64,000 nt of DNA from Methanobacteriota archaeon. Its GTDB lineage: Archaea; Thermoplasmatota; E2; DHVEG-1. Within the stretch, counting starts at the first letter, position 1. The number at the start of each line of letters is the position of its first letter. Below are positions 59,530 through 64,000 of this stretch, piece after piece. The DNA is taken from contig CAVYNH010000006.1 of NCBI GenBank assembly GCA_963769885.1, positions 416,001 through 480,000 of the forward strand, written 5' to 3'. Made by a program: the position numbers and the translations under genes. The notes beneath the pieces are model-generated. The model saw nothing but the letters and a program-made list of their open reading frames with translations. It was not told the DNA's origin and made no database searches.

Positions 59530-60012
59530 ATGACCCAACCACAACCAACATTCCCCGCCCAGCTCCACACCACCCCCGTCAAAGACCACATGACCCCCCG
59601 CCGCGCCCTCACCACCCACACCCACGACACCCCCGCCCCCACCATCTGCGACACCATCCTCACCCACGGACACACCTGGATCCTCGACGACGCCGACACC
59701 CTCACCGGCATCATCACCACCATCGACACCCTCCCCATGTTCACTCCCCCCGCCGGCACCCACGACTACGACATCCCAAGCCCCAAATCACTCTCCTACG
59801 GACTTGCCCTCACCGCCGCCGACCTTATGACCAGCCGACCAACGACCATCCGCGCCACCGACCCCCTCAGCCACGCCGCCACCCTCATGAAAGAACTCCA
59901 CATCAACCAACTCCCCGTCGTCGACGACACCAACAAACTCCTCGGAGAAATCACCAGCGAACAGATCCTCAGCCTCTACCTTACCACCCAACACGCACCG
60001 ACCGACCAATAA
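59530..60012 (+). CDS. CBS-domain pair protein
   Basis: VKDHMT, TAADLMT, LPVVDD..KLLGEIT. Confidence 0.8.
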   Translation: MTQPQPTFPAQLHTTPVKDHMTPRRALTTHTHDTPAPTICDTILTHGHTWILDDADTLTGIITTIDTLPMFTPPAGTHDYDIPSPKSLSYGLALTAADLMTSRPTTIRATDPLSHAATLMKELHINQLPVVDDTNKLLGEITSEQILSLYLTTQHAPTDQ

Positions 60013-60062
60013 AGCAAACTATTTATTTTTCCAGCCAATCAGACCAACAGACAGGATGAGCG

Positions 60063-61550
60063 ATGACCCTCGACATCTATAACTCCCTCTCCCGGGCCAA
60101 AGAACCCTTCACCCCCCTCCACGACAACACCGTGAAGATGTACGTCTGCGGCATGACCGTCTACAGCGACGCCCACATCGGCCACGCCCGCACCTACGTC
60201 GCCTTCGACGTCATCCGCCGCTACCTCCAATACAAAGGCTACACCGTCACTTATACCCAAAACATCACAGACGTCGACGACAAGATCATCGCAGCCGCCC
60301 AAAAAGAAGGCATCGACCCCCTCGTCTACTCCCAGAAATACACCAAGCGCTGCCTTGACGACTTCTCCGCGCTCGGCGTCCGCCCCGCTGACCTCTACCC
60401 CAAAGCCTCCGAGAACATCCCGGCGATGCTCACCATGATTGAGCAAATCCTCGCCAAGGGCTACGGGTACGTCGCAGGCGGCGACGTCTACTTCTCCGTT
60501 GAATGCTTCGAACAGTACGGGAAGCTCTCAGGCCAGCGCCGCGAGGAGATGAAGGCCGGCGCCCGCATCGAGTCTGGCGACCTGAAGCAAAACCCGCTGG
60601 ACTTCGCGCTCTGGAAAGCGGCGAAACCAGGAGAGCCATCCTGGCCATCGCCCTGGGGCCCGGGGAGACCCGGCTGGCACATCGAATGCTCGGCGATGAG
60701 CGGAAAGTACCTCGGACTCCCCTTCGACATCCACGGCGGGGGCATGGATCTGCGGTTCCCTCACCATGAGAACGAGATCGCCCAGGCGGAGGCCGCGACC
60801 GGCAAGCCGTTCGCGCGATTCTGGATCCACGTCGGCCTGCTAACCATCAACGGCGAGAAAATGTCAAAATCCCTTGGGAATTACATCACCATCCGGGACC
60901 TCATGGCGAAATGGGACCCTGAAGTAATCCGGATGTTTTTCGCGCAAGCACATTATCGGAGTCCACCGGATTTCACAGAGAAGGCGCTTGCGGATGTCGC
61001 GAAAAGCCTTGAGCGGCTCCAACGAGTCAAGGAACGATTAGAGGATGTAGTCTCCACTAAAAGTGGGCCAGCTCGTCCTTCCATTTGCGAAAAGGAATTC
61101 TCATCATGTATCGATGCGTTGAAGATTGAGTTTTCAGCGGCGATGGACGACGATTTCAATACCCCACGGGCCTTCGCCGCGCTGTTCGAGTTCGTGAACA
61201 AAGCGAACAAGTACTTCGACGAGGAAAAGACGCCGTCTTCATCCCTCTGCCGACGTGCACTCGACCTATACCTTCATGCGGGGGGTGTCCTCACGCTGTT
61301 CCAACCCAAGCAGGTGGCACCAACGATGGATGATACGTCGTTGATTACTTCTCTTCAGGCGTTAGCCCGGCAGTATCATGCAGCATCCGCCGCATCGGTG
61401 GAGAGTCTCATCGATGCACTCCTGCAGGCTCGGGCCTCGGCTCGGGCGCAGAAGCACTGGCCGATTGCGGATGGCATCCGCCGGGACCTTGAAAAACTCG
61501 GCTTTGAGATTCAAGATACGGATCGCGGTCCGGTCTGGAGGAGACGATAG
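60063..61550 (+). CDS. cysS: Cysteine--tRNA ligase
   Basis: YVCGMTVY..AHIGHAR, PGWHIECSAM, FPHHENE, KMSKS, MDDDFNTP. Confidence 0.96.
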   Translation: MTLDIYNSLSRAKEPFTPLHDNTVKMYVCGMTVYSDAHIGHARTYVAFDVIRRYLQYKGYTVTYTQNITDVDDKIIAAAQKEGIDPLVYSQKYTKRCLDDFSALGVRPADLYPKASENIPAMLTMIEQILAKGYGYVAGGDVYFSVECFEQYGKLSGQRREEMKAGARIESGDLKQNPLDFALWKAAKPGEPSWPSPWGPGRPGWHIECSAMSGKYLGLPFDIHGGGMDLRFPHHENEIAQAEAATGKPFARFWIHVGLLTINGEKMSKSLGNYITIRDLMAKWDPEVIRMFFAQAHYRSPPDFTEKALADVAKSLERLQRVKERLEDVVSTKSGPARPSICEKEFSSCIDALKIEFSAAMDDDFNTPRAFAALFEFVNKANKYFDEEKTPSSSLCRRALDLYLHAGGVLTLFQPKQVAPTMDDTSLITSLQALARQYHAASAASVESLIDALLQARASARAQKHWPIADGIRRDLEKLGFEIQDTDRGPVWRRR

Positions 61551-61553
61551 CGC

Positions 61554-61964
61554 ATGAAGCGTATACTCGTAGGATTTGATGGATCTGAAGGTGCTGAGAC
61601 GGCGCTGAATAAGGCAATGGAGGTTATCGACGAGAACGGTGAGCTAGTGCTGTTGGCGGTGGTCCCGCTGCCGTCTGAGAAGGACCTGCTGGATCCGCAT
61701 AACGTGCAGACGCTGCGGAACCGGGCGAACAGCATCATCGCCACCGCGGTCCGCGACGTCGGGTGCCATGAGTTCGTTATCAAGGGGATGGTGCGCGAGG
61801 GTGAGGACATCGCCTCGGTCATCATCGATGCGGCCAGCGAGCTGCACGCGGAGGCGATCTTATTGGGGAGTCGAGGCTCCAGTCAACTTGGCCGCTATCC
61901 GATTGGCAGCGTGGCGAATAAAGTGGTGCAGTTCGCGAAAATACCTGTGATGGTCTGCCGCTAA
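61554..61964 (+). CDS. Universal stress protein
   Basis: KRILVGFDGS, LGSRG...IGSVANKVV...PVMV. Confidence 0.9.
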   Translation: MKRILVGFDGSEGAETALNKAMEVIDENGELVLLAVVPLPSEKDLLDPHNVQTLRNRANSIIATAVRDVGCHEFVIKGMVREGEDIASVIIDAASELHAEAILLGSRGSSQLGRYPIGSVANKVVQFAKIPVMVCR

Positions 61965-61978
61965 TACCGTCTCTTTGG

Positions 61979-62566
61979 CTATTTTCCCTTGCTTTGGTGG
62001 GCGCGGATGCTGGGGCGGACTTTTTCGGCGCCTTTGCCCTTGTACATCAAGCCGCGGCCTTTCTGTCCGGCGCTGGTCTTACCGCGTAGGACGCGGCGGC
62101 GGTTAGGGAAGGCGCTGATCCAGTTGATGACGGGGTCGTTTACAATTGCGGGGTGGGCGGGGTCGACGAGGATGACTTCATAGAAGTGGTTGGCGCCGTC
62201 TTTGCCGACCCAGTAGGAATTGAGGACCTCGAGGTTCGGGAAATGGGAGGCGGTGCGTTCCTCAGCGATACGTTGGACACTCTTGGCGGGGGTGAGCTTT
62301 TTGATTCCTCGTGCGGATGGTTTGCGGCCGCCTTTGATTTGGTGGCGGTGGAGGCCGCCGTGGCGGACGCGGGCGCGGACGATGACATAGCCTTGTTTTG
62401 CCTTGTAGCCGAGGGATCGTGCGCGGTCGATGCGGAGCGGTCGGTCGACTCGGAGGAAGTTTTCCTCAGTCCGCCATTGGATGAGTCTGTTTTTCTGTGG
62501 GGATTGGTAGGAGGTGTCTGGTTTTTTCCATTGGTCGCCGATGTAGTCGTATACGCTTTTTGCCAT
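61979..62566 (-). CDS. rpl15e: 50S ribosomal protein L15e
   Basis: [39 protein letters not shown]. Confidence 0.97.
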   Translation of the reverse strand: MAKSVYDYIGDQWKKPDTSYQSPQKNRLIQWRTEENFLRVDRPLRIDRARSLGYKAKQGYVIVRARVRHGGLHRHQIKGGRKPSARGIKKLTPAKSVQRIAEERTASHFPNLEVLNSYWVGKDGANHFYEVILVDPAHPAIVNDPVINWISAFPNRRRVLRGKTSAGQKGRGLMYKGKGAEKVRPSIRAHQSKGK

Positions 62567-62985
62567 GGTATATCGCCATCCTCTGGGAGGGACTGGTGGG
62601 TAGAGGCATAGGAAGGGGAATGTTTATTTAAAACTTTTGTCGGCTCAGGATGAATGATGACCATGAACCGCCCTTCCGTGAGGCTGTATCCCTTAGACGT
62701 TTGTACGCGCCATCTTGTGCTTCACTTGGACGTTATTTTGAGCGGGAATTGTTGGTGGAGATTCAGGTGAGGGTGTGTATGTTCGCATGGAGATCGGTGA
62801 AATACCCCAAGTGCTCTCAAGATCGAGGGAATCGTTTGCCTTCCCCCTATATACGTGCCAAATCTCAGAATCGCCAAGATACGTAATATTTATCAAAATC
62901 TACAATGATTTCTCCTGAAAAGTAAAAATACATAGTTTTAAATATTTAGCAAACTTTAATTGTAGGTAGTACAGGAGGCTATGAT

Positions 62986-64000
62986 ATGAAGAAGGCATTT
63001 GCATATGTTATTGTGTCGATGTTGCTCCTCGGCGGACTGGGGACTGGCGTGCTGTCTATTGCGCCTCTTAGTGGAAAGAAAAACGACGATATCACTTCGA
63101 AGTCGTATCCCGATATCTCAGCGTATCGCTATGCAATCGCGATGCGGGGGGATCAAGGGATCATCGAGGGCTTCACCCTCGGCTCGAACCAACAGAGCCT
63201 GCCAGTCAAGAGTTATCCAATCGGGACTCTTATCTGGCAGTATACGATTACTGGCGGGTCTGATAACAGCCCGAAATCGATTGTCTCTCATCCAGACATC
63301 AACGGGGATCAGATCGATGACGTCATCATTGGCTCTGAGGATTACTACATCCGGTGTTTCAGCGGGGGCGCCATCGGGACCGGCCAGGTCCTCTGGGGTG
63401 TGACGATTACTTCTGGATCGGTTTACAACCAGGGTGACATCGCCATCATACCGGATGTGAATGGCGACGGGGTTGACGATGTTGTTGTCGGCGCTACTGG
63501 GGGCGCGCGGCTCATCCGGTGCCTTTCCGGCTCGAATGGGTTGACGATTTGGACCCATGACACCCATGAGTATGGTAGTGGCGGATGGGTTTATCAGGTG
63601 GACTGCACCTACGATTATAACGGTGACGGTGTTCGCGACGTGCTTGCATGCACTGGTGCTGATCCAAATCGTGTGTACTGTCTCAATGGTCTGACTGGGG
63701 TCTCGATCTGGGAGTATCCCCTGGGTGGACCCGGGTTTTCGGTCATAGGTGTCAGGGATTTCACTGGTGACGGCATCCCGGATGTTGTCGCCGGCTGCTC
63801 GAATGCTGCAGAGACGATCGGCTATGCCAAGGGGATCAATGGGGCAACGGGCGCCTTGGCCTGGTCCTTTACGACATCCTCCTCCGCCGGGTGGTCGGTG
63901 GGTCAGATGAGCGATGTCACGGGCGATGGCATCGATGACGTGGTCGTCGGGGACTTCTCGGGACACGTCTATGGATTGAACGCGGCGACGGGTGCTCAGA
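62986..64000 (+). CDS. Secreted FG-GAP/VCBS-like beta-propeller protein, 3'-truncated by the window (not in ORF track)
   Basis: GGAGG SD; MKKAFAYVIVSMLLLGG signal peptide; repeats DINGDQIDD, DVNGDGVDD, DYNGDGVRD, DFTGDGIPD, DVTGDGIDD; no stop seen to the window end. Confidence 0.85.
   Translation, partial: MKKAFAYVIVSMLLLGGLGTGVLSIAPLSGKKNDDITSKSYPDISAYRYAIAMRGDQGIIEGFTLGSNQQSLPVKSYPIGTLIWQYTITGGSDNSPKSIVSHPDINGDQIDDVIIGSEDYYIRCFSGGAIGTGQVLWGVTITSGSVYNQGDIAIIPDVNGDGVDDVVVGATGGARLIRCLSGSNGLTIWTHDTHEYGSGGWVYQVDCTYDYNGDGVRDVLACTGADPNRVYCLNGLTGVSIWEYPLGGPGFSVIGVRDFTGDGIPDVVAGCSNAAETIGYAKGINGATGALAWSFTTSSSAGWSVGQMSDVTGDGIDDVVVGDFSGHVYGLNAATGAQ

Noticed and set aside
62640-62900. ATGATGA C-box-like motif and short ORFs downstream of the rpl15e promoter
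   Set aside because: No properly spaced CUGA D boxes; ORFs unconvincing.
63118-63966. 282-aa minus-strand ORF
   Set aside because: Antisense to the plus-strand FG-GAP repeat gene starting at 62986.
1-64000. CRISPR arrays, rRNA, IS/transposases, recoded (Sec/Pyl) in-frame stops
   Set aside because: No regularly spaced repeats, rRNA signatures or transposase motifs seen; gene interruptions are frameshifts, not in-frame stops.

Overview
Archaeal chromosomal segment, most likely from an uncultured Thermoplasmatota lineage (inference from archaeal rps15, rpl15e, EF-1beta, Trm1, RaSEA, the ipk-fni-GGPPS-gltX operon and TATA promoters, plus secreted PKD/PQQ/FG-GAP proteins and a C25 gingipain). 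Most of it is housekeeping: purine, folate and pyrimidine genes, a glycogen cluster, isoprenoid lipid synthesis, tRNA modification and four aminoacyl-tRNA synthetases. The top finding is an intact bacterial-type glutaminyl-tRNA synthetase (glnS, 4972-6654), an enzyme archaea are generally held to lack. It is sandwiched between tRNA-Gln(CUG) and tRNA-Gln(UUG) genes, which keep the archaeal A1-U72 pair but carry the G73 discriminator used by bacterial GlnRS. This points to a direct Gln-tRNA pathway in an archaeon. Other notable items: (1) an overlapping archaeosortase-psd-pssA cassette with a PGF-CTERM substrate in the same window; (2) a shared C-terminal Ig-like module on two secreted proteins; (3) a methanogen-type SerRS; (4) a Thermococcales-like HypA/ATPase-type HypB pair; (5) an AT-rich RelE-like two-gene module; (6) strong kb-scale blocks of alternating G+T / C+A strand skew that do not always follow gene orientation. 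About six single-base frameshifts in conserved genes are probably sequencing errors. No CRISPR array, rRNA or transposase was seen. All calls rest on motif recognition by eye; no searches were run.
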